Assembly (NCBI GenBank): GCA_902541175.1
Contig: CACBPP010000003.1
Span: forward strand, 86,873-150,872
Length of the DNA: 64,000 nucleotides
Direction: 5' to 3'
Source of the DNA: an uncultured SAR86 cluster bacterium
Lineage (GTDB): Bacteria > Pseudomonadota > Gammaproteobacteria > Magnimaribacterales > D2472
The notes under the pieces were generated by a model. It did not search any database. It was not told the DNA's origin and worked only from the letters and a program-made list of their open reading frames with translations. Shown here piece after piece: positions 11,391 through 20,578 of the stretch (its first letter is position 1; every line of letters begins with the position of its first letter). The position numbers were made by a program, and so were the translations under genes.

Positions 11391-12671
11391 TTATTTATTC
11401 TTAAAAAAATCTAAAATAGTTTTTATTTCTGTAATTGGGTTCGTGGAAGTTTCACCATTTCTTCCTATGAGCTCAACTTCATTATCTTCTGTAAATTTTT
11501 TACCTATTACAATATTTAGAGGTATTCCTATAAGTTCTGAATCTTTTATTTTCACTCCATATCCATCTTTTCTATCATCTAGCAGTACAGAATAATTCAT
11601 TTCTGAAAGTTCTTTGTATAAATCTGTTGATGCTTTAGCAATATCTTTATTCTTATCATATCCAATAGAAATAATATTTATGTCAAAGGGTGCAATACTA
11701 TGCGGCCAAACAATACCTTTTTCATCATGATTTTGTTCAATTGCTGCTGCAACAAGTCTTGAAACCCCAATTCCATAACAACCCATAAATAATGTTGAAG
11801 CATTTCCATCAGAATTTAGAACACTTGCTTTCATTGATTCCGCATATAACTTTCCAAGTTTAAAAATATGACCGACCTCTATCCCTTTCTTTATTTGAAT
11901 TGTTCCATTGCCATCTGGAGAAGGTTTGCCTTCAAGTGTGCTTATATCTTCTCCATCTTTTAAAAGAAGCTCAGTATTGATTGCAAACTCAGATGAATCA
12001 CTTATGGCAATGGTATCTTCACCATTTTCAGCAAGCACATGAAATTCCTCAGAACTATCTCCACCAATGGCTCCAGAGTCGGCAGCAGAAATTTTGTATT
12101 CAAGTCCTATTCTTTCAAGAACTTTTTTATAAGTTTCTCTCATAATTAAATATGTTTCCTGTAACGACTCCTCATCGATATTAAAGCTGTAAGAATCTTT
12201 CATTAAAAACTCTCTTCCCCGCATAATTCCATATCTAGGTCTTACCTCGTCTCTAAATTTAGTTTGAATCTGATAAATATTTAATGGAAGTTCTCTGTAG
12301 CTTTTGACATTATCCCTAATAATGTCAGTAATAACTTCTTCGTGTGTAGGACCTAAACAAAAATCTCTATCATGCCTGTCTTTTATTCTAAGTAATTCAG
12401 GACCCATTTTTTCCCATCTTTTTGTTTCTTCCCATAATTCCCTTGGCTGAACCATTGGCATAAACACTTCTTGAGCACCAGAATTATCCATTTCTTCTCT
12501 TACAATATTTTCTACTTTTTTTAGAACTTTTAAGCCAAGTGGAAGCCAAGTATAGATACCTGAAGCAACTTTACGTATCATGCCTGAACGAAGCATTAAT
12601 TTGTGACTCACAACTTCTGCTTCTTGGGGAGCATCCTTAAGAGTAGGTAATAGTAGCTTTGAAAATAACAT
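11391..12671 (-). CDS. proS: Proline--tRNA ligase, short form lacking the editing domain
   Basis: [54 protein letters not shown]; 426 aa. Confidence 0.96.
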   Translation of the reverse strand: MLFSKLLLPTLKDAPQEAEVVSHKLMLRSGMIRKVASGIYTWLPLGLKVLKKVENIVREEMDNSGAQEVFMPMVQPRELWEETKRWEKMGPELLRIKDRHDRDFCLGPTHEEVITDIIRDNVKSYRELPLNIYQIQTKFRDEVRPRYGIMRGREFLMKDSYSFNIDEESLQETYLIMRETYKKVLERIGLEYKISAADSGAIGGDSSEEFHVLAENGEDTIAISDSSEFAINTELLLKDGEDISTLEGKPSPDGNGTIQIKKGIEVGHIFKLGKLYAESMKASVLNSDGNASTLFMGCYGIGVSRLVAAAIEQNHDEKGIVWPHSIAPFDINIISIGYDKNKDIAKASTDLYKELSEMNYSVLLDDRKDGYGVKIKDSELIGIPLNIVIGKKFTEDNEVELIGRNGETSTNPITEIKTILDFFKNK

Positions 12672-12702
12672 AGTTTATAATTTTATCTTTTTTTGAGGAC
12701 TT

Positions 12703-12993
12703 ATGCCGATTTATGACTACAAATGTTCTAAATGTGAACATGTAATTGAGATAATTCAAAAAATTAATGATAAACCAAAAGAGGTTTGCCCTAAATGCAA
12801 CAAGAAAGGCCTTAAGAAGCAAATCTCAGCACCTTCTTTTAGGCTCAAAGGTGGTGGGTGGTATGAAACAGACTTTAAAACAGGCAAAAAAAAGAATATA
12901 GCTTCAAGTGATGGTGCAAAAAATGACAAAACAAAAGAAACTTCCAAAACAGACTCCAAGAAAGGGTCTAAACAAGATAAAATTAAGAAGTGA
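12703..12993 (+). CDS. FmdB-family zinc-ribbon protein
   Basis: MPIYDYKCSKC...CPKC...FRLKGGGWYETDFK; usual position upstream of aspS. Confidence 0.9.
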   Translation: MPIYDYKCSKCEHVIEIIQKINDKPKEVCPKCNKKGLKKQISAPSFRLKGGGWYETDFKTGKKKNIASSDGAKNDKTKETSKTDSKKGSKQDKIKK

Positions 12994-13006
12994 ATAGGGA
13001 AATATC

Positions 13007-14773
13007 ATGAAATCTCATTATTGTGGTGAAATTACATCATCTAATCTCAAAGAGAAGGTAACTATTTGTGGATGGATACATAGAAGAAGAGATCATGGAG
13101 GAGTAATTTTTTTAGATGTTAGGGATATAAAAGGTATATGCCAAGCTGTTGTGAATCCTGATAACAAAGAATCATTCGAATTAGCAGAATCAATAAGAAA
13201 CGAATTTGTTGTTCAGATAGAAGGTGTTGTAAGAAATAGACTTGAAGGAACAATAAATAAAAATATGAAAACTGGTGAAATTGAGATAGAGGTCGCCAAT
13301 ATCAATATCCTCAGCAAGGCAAACACTCCAGTTTTTCCAATAGACGAATATCAAGAAGTTAATGAAGATGTAAGATTAAAGAATAGGGTACTTGACCTTA
13401 GACGCCCCGAAATGAATGAACGAATTATTAAAAGATCAAAAATTACTTCTTTAATTAGAAACTACCTTGATAAAAATGAATTCCATGAGATTGAAACACC
13501 AATTTTAACTAAGGCTACTCCAGAAGGCGCCAGAGATTATATTTTACCAAGCAGAGTTCAACCAGGTAGTTTTTATGCATTACCTCAATCACCTCAATTA
13601 TTCAAACAACTCTTGATGATTGGCGGCTTAGATAAATATTATCAAATTGCCCGATGTTTTAGAGATGAGGATTTGAGGGCAGATAGACAACCAGAATTTA
13701 CTCAAATTGATATTGAGGCATCTTTCATTAATCAGGAAGAAATCATGAAGCTTAGCGAAAAGATGATTAAAGATGTAATTAAAGAATTCTGTGGAGAAAA
13801 ACTTGATAAATTTGAGGTGATTGATTGGCATGATGCTATGGAGGAATATGGTTGTGATAAACCAGATTTAAGGATTCCTTTAAAGCTCAAAGAAATATCA
13901 GATCTTGTTATGAATGAGGAATTCAAAGTATTCTCTGATCCTGCTAAAAAGGAAGGATCAAGAGTGGTTGCTTTAAAAGTTCCTAACGGAAATACAATGT
14001 CAAGAGGTCAAATTGATGACTATACAAAATTTGTATCTAAGTTGGGTGCAAAAGGGCTTGCTTACATAAAGATTAATGATGTTAAAGATCTTGAGAATGG
14101 CATTCAGTCTCCCATATTGAAGTTTTTAAATAAAAAAACAATTCAAAATATATTTAAAACTCTTGAAGTGAAAACAGATGATTTAATCTTTTTTGGAGCT
14201 GGAAGTGAATCTGTTGTTAACTTATCAATGAGTAGTCTTATTAAAAAATTAGGACATGATTTAGATTTATATGTTTCAAAATGGGCTCCTTGTTGGATAG
14301 TGAATTTTCCAATGTTTGAATTAAATGCCGAGGGAAGTCTAACACCGCTTCATCATCCATTTACTTTACCTAAAGCATCAAAGAAAGAACTTTTAGAAAA
14401 TCCAAATGATGTTCTTGCATATGCATATGATGTTGTTTTGAACGGATATGAAATAGGTGGAGGATCTTTAAGAATTTATGATAAAAATATGCAAGAAGCA
14501 ATTTTTGAAATTCTTAACATTTCAAAGAAAGAAGCTGAGAGTAAGTTTGGTTTCCTTCTAAAGGCTTTGTCCTCAGGTTGTCCACCTCATGGTGGAATCG
14601 CATTCGGACTAGATAGAATTGTTATGCTTGTAACAGATACTACAAACATAAGAGATGTGATTGCATTCCCTAAAACTCAAAGCGCGACATGTCTATTAAC
14701 GGATGCTCCAAGTAAGGTTGATAAAGATCAGCTTGATGAACTTAAAATAATTAGTACGCATAAGGAAGAATAG
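13007..14773 (+). CDS. aspS: Aspartate--tRNA ligase
   Basis: [52 protein letters not shown]. Confidence 0.98.
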   Translation: MKSHYCGEITSSNLKEKVTICGWIHRRRDHGGVIFLDVRDIKGICQAVVNPDNKESFELAESIRNEFVVQIEGVVRNRLEGTINKNMKTGEIEIEVANINILSKANTPVFPIDEYQEVNEDVRLKNRVLDLRRPEMNERIIKRSKITSLIRNYLDKNEFHEIETPILTKATPEGARDYILPSRVQPGSFYALPQSPQLFKQLLMIGGLDKYYQIARCFRDEDLRADRQPEFTQIDIEASFINQEEIMKLSEKMIKDVIKEFCGEKLDKFEVIDWHDAMEEYGCDKPDLRIPLKLKEISDLVMNEEFKVFSDPAKKEGSRVVALKVPNGNTMSRGQIDDYTKFVSKLGAKGLAYIKINDVKDLENGIQSPILKFLNKKTIQNIFKTLEVKTDDLIFFGAGSESVVNLSMSSLIKKLGHDLDLYVSKWAPCWIVNFPMFELNAEGSLTPLHHPFTLPKASKKELLENPNDVLAYAYDVVLNGYEIGGGSLRIYDKNMQEAIFEILNISKKEAESKFGFLLKALSSGCPPHGGIAFGLDRIVMLVTDTTNIRDVIAFPKTQSATCLLTDAPSKVDKDQLDELKIISTHKEE

Positions 14774-14776
14774 TTA

Positions 14777-15514
14777 ATGGCTGGTCATTCAAAATGGGCA
14801 AACATAAAACATAGGAAAGCCAGACAAGACGCATCACGAGGAAAGGTTTGGACCAAGGTCATAAGAGAGATTACTGTTGCAGCGAAGGATGGCCCTGATC
14901 CAAATGATAATCCAAGATTGAGACTTGCTCTTGAAAAGGCAAATGCTGCAAATATGCCTAAAGACACTATTAAAAGAGCTATAGAAAAAGGTTCGGGAAC
15001 AGGAGAAACTGGAGAATTAGAAGAAATAATATTTGAAGGATATGGTCCAGGAGGAGTTGCTATCCTTGTAGAAACTATGACAGATAATAGAAATAGGACT
15101 GTTTCAGATGTTAGGCATGCATTCTCAAAGTTTGGAGGTAATCTTGGAACTGATGGATCTGTTTCATATTTATTTAAAAAACTTGGAGTAATCCACATAA
15201 ATAAGGATTACTCAGAAGAAATTCTTATGGAGAATGTTATTGAATCTGGAGCACAAGATTTTTCAGAAGAAGATGATTTCTTTGAAGTAACAACAGATCC
15301 AAATCAATTTAATAAGGTTATTGATTTCTTTAAAGAGAATGATATCCAATATATTAATGCTGAACTTACCCTGCGAGCTGATACACTTGTGGACCTTGAT
15401 CAAGATATGTCTGAAAAAGTCTTAAATATTATGGAGTTTATGGATGATCTTGATGATGTCCAAGAAGTTCACACTAATGCAGAATTTCCGGAAAATTTTG
15501 AGATAAAGGAATAA
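14777..15514 (+). CDS. yebC: YebC/PmpR-family protein
   Basis: MAGHSKWANIKHRK, EGYGPGGVA, TDNRNRT, DDVQEV. Confidence 0.97.
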   Translation: MAGHSKWANIKHRKARQDASRGKVWTKVIREITVAAKDGPDPNDNPRLRLALEKANAANMPKDTIKRAIEKGSGTGETGELEEIIFEGYGPGGVAILVETMTDNRNRTVSDVRHAFSKFGGNLGTDGSVSYLFKKLGVIHINKDYSEEILMENVIESGAQDFSEEDDFFEVTTDPNQFNKVIDFFKENDIQYINAELTLRADTLVDLDQDMSEKVLNIMEFMDDLDDVQEVHTNAEFPENFEIKE

Positions 15515-15517
15515 ATT

Positions 15518-15943
15518 TTGTCAATCAATTCAAGAAATAAAGGTGCTGCATTTGAACGACAAATTGCTAATGCATTGATAAATGACCTTAACTTAAAGAA
15601 TCCAGTTAAAAGAATCTTAGAGCAGACTCGGACTAAGGAGTTACCTGATCTCATGCTTGGAAGATGGTGTATTGAGTGTAAGGCATATGGAGCTGGTGCA
15701 GAACCTAGACCTGATTGGTGGGAGCAAGTTCTCGCATCATCGAATCAAGAGGGTTTAAGACCTGCACTTGTATATAAATTTAACAATAGACCTATTAAAG
15801 TTCGAATACTAGCAAACTCCATTAATCACAATATTAAGAACGATCTTGTTACTGTAGACCTTTTATGGCCAGATTTTATTCAGATAATACTTGAGTTATT
15901 TCAGGAGGACATTGAGCTGCATGAAAAAAATTATCAAGTGTGA
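15518..15943 (+). CDS. Phage-type PD-(D/E)xK nuclease, putative Holliday-junction resolvase (Hjc / T5 D14-like)
   Basis: NSRNKGAAFER...LPDL...IECK...WWEQ...PALVYK; TTG start with AAGGA upstream; occupies the ruvCAB position. Confidence 0.75.
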   Translation: MSINSRNKGAAFERQIANALINDLNLKNPVKRILEQTRTKELPDLMLGRWCIECKAYGAGAEPRPDWWEQVLASSNQEGLRPALVYKFNNRPIKVRILANSINHNIKNDLVTVDLLWPDFIQIILELFQEDIELHEKNYQV

Positions 15944-16331
15944 AGATATAGAATTTCAAATATATATTGAAGATACAGATTTTCAAGGAGTTGTATATCA
16001 TTCGAATTACTTAAAGTATTTCGAAAGATCAAGATCTGAATTTCTATCTTATGCAAATATTTCTCAAAATAAATTAAGAGAAAAAGATCTAGCATTTATA
16101 GTTAAAAGCATCAAAATTAATTACTTAAAAGCTGCTGAGCTTGGTAATCAAATAGTTGTTAAGTCAAATGTAGAAAAAAAATCTGATGCAAGGATGATTT
16201 TTTATCAAAAAGTAGTTGATAAAATCTCTGGAGAAGAATTTGTTAATGGTGAGGTAGAGGTTTGTTTTATAAATCTATCATCGAAGAAACCAAAAAAGTT
16301 TCCTGATGATTTATTGTTAATTTTTGACTAG
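15921..16331 (+). CDS. ybgC: Tol-pal-associated acyl-CoA thioesterase; likely start ATG 15921
   Basis: IYIEDTDFQGVVYHSNYLKYFERSRSE; AGGAGG upstream; precedes tolQ. Confidence 0.92.
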   Translation: MKKIIKCEDIEFQIYIEDTDFQGVVYHSNYLKYFERSRSEFLSYANISQNKLREKDLAFIVKSIKINYLKAAELGNQIVVKSNVEKKSDARMIFYQKVVDKISGEEFVNGEVEVCFINLSSKKPKKFPDDLLLIFD

Positions 16332-16340
16332 GATAGTGTT

Positions 16341-17012
16341 ATGGATGATATTTCAGTATTAAATCTTATTTTAGAGGCAGGAATTGTAGTCAAGATAGTA
16401 ATGTTAATTCTTTTTATTGCCTCAATACTCTCCTGGATAATAATTGTTGAAAGATATAATTTTTTTAGAAAAGTAAAAAGCGCCAATGATGAATTTTTAA
16501 GAATTTTTTGGAGTGGAAAAGATTTAGATGCTTTGTATAACGAGGTATTGAAAGATGATAATTTATATGGGGCAAGAAAATTATTTAAAAATTCTTTTAA
16601 CGAATTTAATTCAATTAAGGTTGGAGACAGTATTTCTGAATTAGATCTTGAGAGTATTAATCGCTCTATGAGGGTATCTATAGCTTCTGATGAAGAAGAA
16701 ATGAACAAGCATTTATCTTTTTTAGCAAATGTTGGATCTGTTAGCCCATACATAGGCTTGCTTGGAACAGTATGGGGAATAATGACATCATTTATGGGGC
16801 TTTCAGATGCTACTCAAGCTACTATAAATGCTGTAGCACCAGGAATCTCAGAGGCATTGATTGCAACCGGAATGGGACTATTTGCTGCTATACCAGCAGT
16901 AGTAGCTTTTAATAAATTTACATCTGAATCAGAAACTATCAGTCAAGGTACATTAATTTTTGCAGAGGAGCTAGCAAGTATTTTTTATAAACAGTCAATA
17001 GATAAAAAATAA
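16341..17012 (+). CDS. tolQ: TolQ
   Basis: SPYIGLLGTVWGIM, APGISEALIATGMGLFAAIPAV. Confidence 0.96.
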   Translation: MDDISVLNLILEAGIVVKIVMLILFIASILSWIIIVERYNFFRKVKSANDEFLRIFWSGKDLDALYNEVLKDDNLYGARKLFKNSFNEFNSIKVGDSISELDLESINRSMRVSIASDEEEMNKHLSFLANVGSVSPYIGLLGTVWGIMTSFMGLSDATQATINAVAPGISEALIATGMGLFAAIPAVVAFNKFTSESETISQGTLIFAEELASIFYKQSIDKK

Positions 17013-17434
17013 TGATATATAGATTAGCAAAAAAGAAAAATCTTAAAGCAGAAATAAATGTAGTTCCATATATCGATGTTATGCTGGTTTTGTTGATTAT
17101 TTTTATGGTTTTGTCACCTTTGTTGATTCAAGGTGTGGAGGTTGATTTACCTCAAACTGATACAACTAAAATGAGTGTTCAAAGTGAACCACTTGTAATA
17201 TCAATTGATAAAAATGGAAATTATTTTATAAACGTTGGAGAAGAATCATTACCTATTGATTTAGATGAATTAAAGAGAAAGTCTGAAGTGATCTTTAAAG
17301 CAAATCCAGAGATTGAAGTAGTTTTTCAAAGTGACAGAAATGTTGCATTTGATTTTGTAGCAAAAGCCATGGCATCTGTTCAAAGCGTAGGCATTACTAA
17401 AGTCGGAATTGTAACAAGCGGCTATGAAAATTAA
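17012..17434 (+). CDS. tolR: TolR
   Basis: AEINVVPYIDVMLVLLIIFM. Confidence 0.95.
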   Translation: MIYRLAKKKNLKAEINVVPYIDVMLVLLIIFMVLSPLLIQGVEVDLPQTDTTKMSVQSEPLVISIDKNGNYFINVGEESLPIDLDELKRKSEVIFKANPEIEVVFQSDRNVAFDFVAKAMASVQSVGITKVGIVTSGYEN

Positions 17435-18041
17435 TCAAATATATTTAGAGGCTTCTTTTATATCTTTTGTAATTCATGCATCAATTATTCTATATCTTCT
17501 TGGTTTTTTTTATTATGAATCTCAACAAACTTCAGTATTGAGTAAGCCAATTGAGGTAAATTTAATTTTTGAAGAAAAGATTGAAGCAAAAAAGCAAGTT
17601 AATCAAAAACTAGAACCAAAAGAAATTATTAATGATAATTCAATGAATGAAATAATTCCTGATGAAACTATTTCATTCGATTCTCTCATACCGTCTGTTA
17701 GCTTAGATGATTTAATTGCTGAAGATAAATTAATATCTAAAGAATCTCAACATAGTCAAGTAGAGCTATATAGCTCTCTTATCATAAAGAGCATACAGTC
17801 AGCCTGGCGTAAGCCAATTAATATTCAGGATGGCTTGGTTTGCGACCTTAGATTGTCAATTAATAAAAATGGGAGAATTGTTAATGTTAATTTGATTAGA
17901 AGCAGTGGGAATTTAAGATTTGATAATTCAGCTTTAAAGGCAGTACAAAGAGCTGAGACTTTTAGTTTTTTTAAGGATATTCCATATAGTTTATACAACA
18001 CAAATTTTAAAAGTGTAGTGATTACATTCAATCCAACATGA
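17424..18041 (+). CDS. tolA: TolA (short form)
   Basis: TM helix with S..H motif; C-terminal domain IQSAWRKP...SSGNLRFDNSALKAV; lies between tolR and tolB. Confidence 0.8.
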   Translation: MKINQIYLEASFISFVIHASIILYLLGFFYYESQQTSVLSKPIEVNLIFEEKIEAKKQVNQKLEPKEIINDNSMNEIIPDETISFDSLIPSVSLDDLIAEDKLISKESQHSQVELYSSLIIKSIQSAWRKPINIQDGLVCDLRLSINKNGRIVNVNLIRSSGNLRFDNSALKAVQRAETFSFFKDIPYSLYNTNFKSVVITFNPT

Positions 18042-19294
18042 AAAAAATATTATTCATATTAGTATTTTCTAATGCGCTCACTTCAGAACTTATTTTAGAA
18101 ATTACTCAAGGCACTGAGGATCCTTACAGAGTAGCTATTTTAAAATTTGAGGGTGATCAAAAGGTTTCAAACGACATTGATAAAATTATAAGAAATAATT
18201 TAAAGAGGTCCGGAGAGTTTAATTTATTTGCAAACGAAGATTTACTCTCTTTACCAACTAATGAGACCGAAGTTATATTTAATGATTTTAAAATTTTAAA
18301 TATTGATTATTTAGTTATTGGAAAAATTGTAAAAGACGGTATTAGCATATCTGTTGTTTATGAAATATTTGATATCAATAAAGGTAAAAAAATAAGGACT
18401 TCAACTGTTTACGGTATACCAAATAAAAATAGACAGCTAGGCCATTATGTGAGTGACGGCATTTATGAGGAAATAACTGGCATGAAGGGGATATCGTCAA
18501 CAAAAATCCTTTATGTAACTGAGAATAAGAATTTTAATCTTATGGTTGCAGATGCCGATGGAAGCAATGAACAAATACTCTTAAAGAGTAATGACCCTAT
18601 CATTTCTCCAGCATGGTCTCCAGATTCAAAAAAGGTAGCATACGTATCATTTGAAACAGGAATGGCAAAGGTCTATATTCAAGACATAGCAACTGGCGAA
18701 AGAGAACTCGCAATAGAAAATTCATCTCAAATTAGTTCACCTTCTTGGTCGCCTGATGGCAAATTTCTTTCATTGACTATGTACCAAGATGGAAATGCAG
18801 AAATCTACATACTTAATTTAAAAAATAGAAACTTAACGAGATTAACTAATCATTTTTCAATTGATACTGAGTCATCTTGGTCTCCAAAGGGATCAAAAAT
18901 AATGTTTACATCAGGAAGATCAGGATCTCCTCAATTATATGAAATTGACTTGAGACGATTTAATGCAAAACCCAAAAGAATAACATTTGATGGAAATTAC
19001 AACGCTAAAGGTTCTTATTTACCAAATAACGAAGGATTTATATTTGTTCATAGAGAAAATAAAAATTTCCAAATAGCAATAAAATACTTTAACGAGAATT
19101 TTATAAGACCATTAACTAATGCACAATTAGATGAATCTCCTAGTATTTCACCTAATGGAAATGTTATAGTTTATGCAATTAAAGACGATGGTATGAGCTT
19201 GCTAGCTGGAGTAACTTTAAGTGGTGCCAAGTTTAGATTGCCAGCCAAAATGGGTTTTGTAAGAGAGCCTGCATGGTCAGGTTTTTTAAGATAA
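18038..19294 (+). CDS. tolB: TolB
   Basis: LEITQG N-terminus; repeated SPAWSPD / PSWSPDG beta-propeller motifs. Confidence 0.95.
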   Translation: MKKILFILVFSNALTSELILEITQGTEDPYRVAILKFEGDQKVSNDIDKIIRNNLKRSGEFNLFANEDLLSLPTNETEVIFNDFKILNIDYLVIGKIVKDGISISVVYEIFDINKGKKIRTSTVYGIPNKNRQLGHYVSDGIYEEITGMKGISSTKILYVTENKNFNLMVADADGSNEQILLKSNDPIISPAWSPDSKKVAYVSFETGMAKVYIQDIATGERELAIENSSQISSPSWSPDGKFLSLTMYQDGNAEIYILNLKNRNLTRLTNHFSIDTESSWSPKGSKIMFTSGRSGSPQLYEIDLRRFNAKPKRITFDGNYNAKGSYLPNNEGFIFVHRENKNFQIAIKYFNENFIRPLTNAQLDESPSISPNGNVIVYAIKDDGMSLLAGVTLSGAKFRLPAKMGFVREPAWSGFLR

Positions 19295-19303
19295 TTATGT
19301 GGA

Positions 19304-19798
19304 GTGAATATGTTTATACTAAAAAATAAGTTTAATTTTATTATTGCTATTGCTTTTCTTTCTTCTTGCTCAAGTATGAACGTTACTGAAGAAAGAGTAT
19401 ATTCTGGTGATGTAAAAACGGTTCAAGCATTATCATCGGCTGACGATAATATCCGATATGATAGTAAGGCAGTTTTTGCAAGTGCAACAATATATTTTGA
19501 ATTTGATAAATCTACTTTAACAAGTAAGTCAATTCAAACTCTTAAGAGCGCTGTAAATGCATTAAATGAAAATTCTTCAATTCAAATTACTCTTGCAGGT
19601 CACGCTGATGAAAGAGGAACAAGAGAATATAACCTTGCTTTGGGGCAAAGAAGAGCTGAGACAGTTAGTGACTATTTTGTTCTTAATGGAATAAGTAAGA
19701 ATAGAATCACCGTTAAAAGTTTTGGTGAAGAAAGACCTGCTGTAATTGGTCAAGATGAAATGAGTTATGCAAAGAACAGAAGAGTCGAAATTAATTAA
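19304..19798 (+). CDS. pal: Peptidoglycan-associated lipoprotein Pal
   Basis: Lipobox LSSC; IYFEFD, GHADERGTREYNLALGQRRA, KNRRVE. Confidence 0.95.
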   Translation: MNMFILKNKFNFIIAIAFLSSCSSMNVTEERVYSGDVKTVQALSSADDNIRYDSKAVFASATIYFEFDKSTLTSKSIQTLKSAVNALNENSSIQITLAGHADERGTREYNLALGQRRAETVSDYFVLNGISKNRITVKSFGEERPAVIGQDEMSYAKNRRVEIN

Positions 19799-20454
19799 TG
19801 AGTTTTAGATTTCTTTTTTATAAACATTTAATTGTATTTTTATTTTTACCAATTTTTGTTTCTGCTAACGTAAATGATGATGCGAAAACAGATATCTTAT
19901 TTTTAAAGATTCAAGAACTTGAATTAGAAATTGCTGAATTAAGAAATAGGCTTGAATCCCAAAACTACCTAATTGAAAAGCTTATTGCTGAGTCAACTGG
20001 CGTTGATGAAAATGAGTCAGAAAATATTGAGAATTTAACCCTGAATTCAGATATAAGGTTTGCAGGTATTGAGGATCCTAAAAGTAAGGATCAGATTTAT
20101 AATGCTGCAATAGAAGCACTAGAAGATCAAAACTTTGATAAATCATTTAATTTATTTAATTATTTTGTTGAAAGTTTCTCAGATGAAGAAAAAACACCTT
20201 TGTCATATTTTTGGTTAGGTGAAATTAGTTTGATTAAAAATGATCTTGAAAATGCCATGGCTTATTTTATGGAATTAATTAGCTCATACCCAAATCATTA
20301 CAGAGTTCCTTTATCTCATAAAAAGATCGGAGATATTTATTTAAAATTTGACGATATGAAAAGTGCAAAAGATAAGTATAATTTTGTGGTTAGAGAGTAT
20401 CCAAATAATACTGCCTCTTCCTTAGCCTTGCAGTTATTGAAAAATATGGAATAA
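19798..20454 (+). CDS. cpoB: Cell division coordinator CpoB (YbgF)
   Basis: Signal peptide, coiled coil, TPR repeats (YFWLGE...YP); follows pal. Confidence 0.88.
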   Translation: MSFRFLFYKHLIVFLFLPIFVSANVNDDAKTDILFLKIQELELEIAELRNRLESQNYLIEKLIAESTGVDENESENIENLTLNSDIRFAGIEDPKSKDQIYNAAIEALEDQNFDKSFNLFNYFVESFSDEEKTPLSYFWLGEISLIKNDLENAMAYFMELISSYPNHYRVPLSHKKIGDIYLKFDDMKSAKDKYNFVVREYPNNTASSLALQLLKNME

Positions 20455-20487
20455 TCACCATTTTCTAGTATGTATTACTATCAATGT

Positions 20488-20563
20488 GGGTCGCTAGCTC
20501 AGCTGGTAGAGCAGTTGGCTTTTAACCAATTGGTCACAGGTTCGAATCCTGTGCGACCCACCA
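20488..20563 (+). tRNA. tRNA-Lys (anticodon TTT)
   Basis: GGGTCGC...GCGACCC acceptor stem, TAGCTCAGCTGGTAGAGC D-arm, GTTGG-CTTTTAA-CCAAT anticodon arm, GGTTCGAATCC T-loop, encoded CCA. Confidence 0.97.
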
Positions 20564-20578
20564 TCTTTAGGGGTTTTT

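Noticed and set aside
15518-15943. Calling the nuclease ruvC, or a prophage remnant
   Set aside because: It lacks the RuvC GIDPG-type RNase H motifs; no other phage genes or att sites are nearby, and it is intact and coupled to its neighbours.
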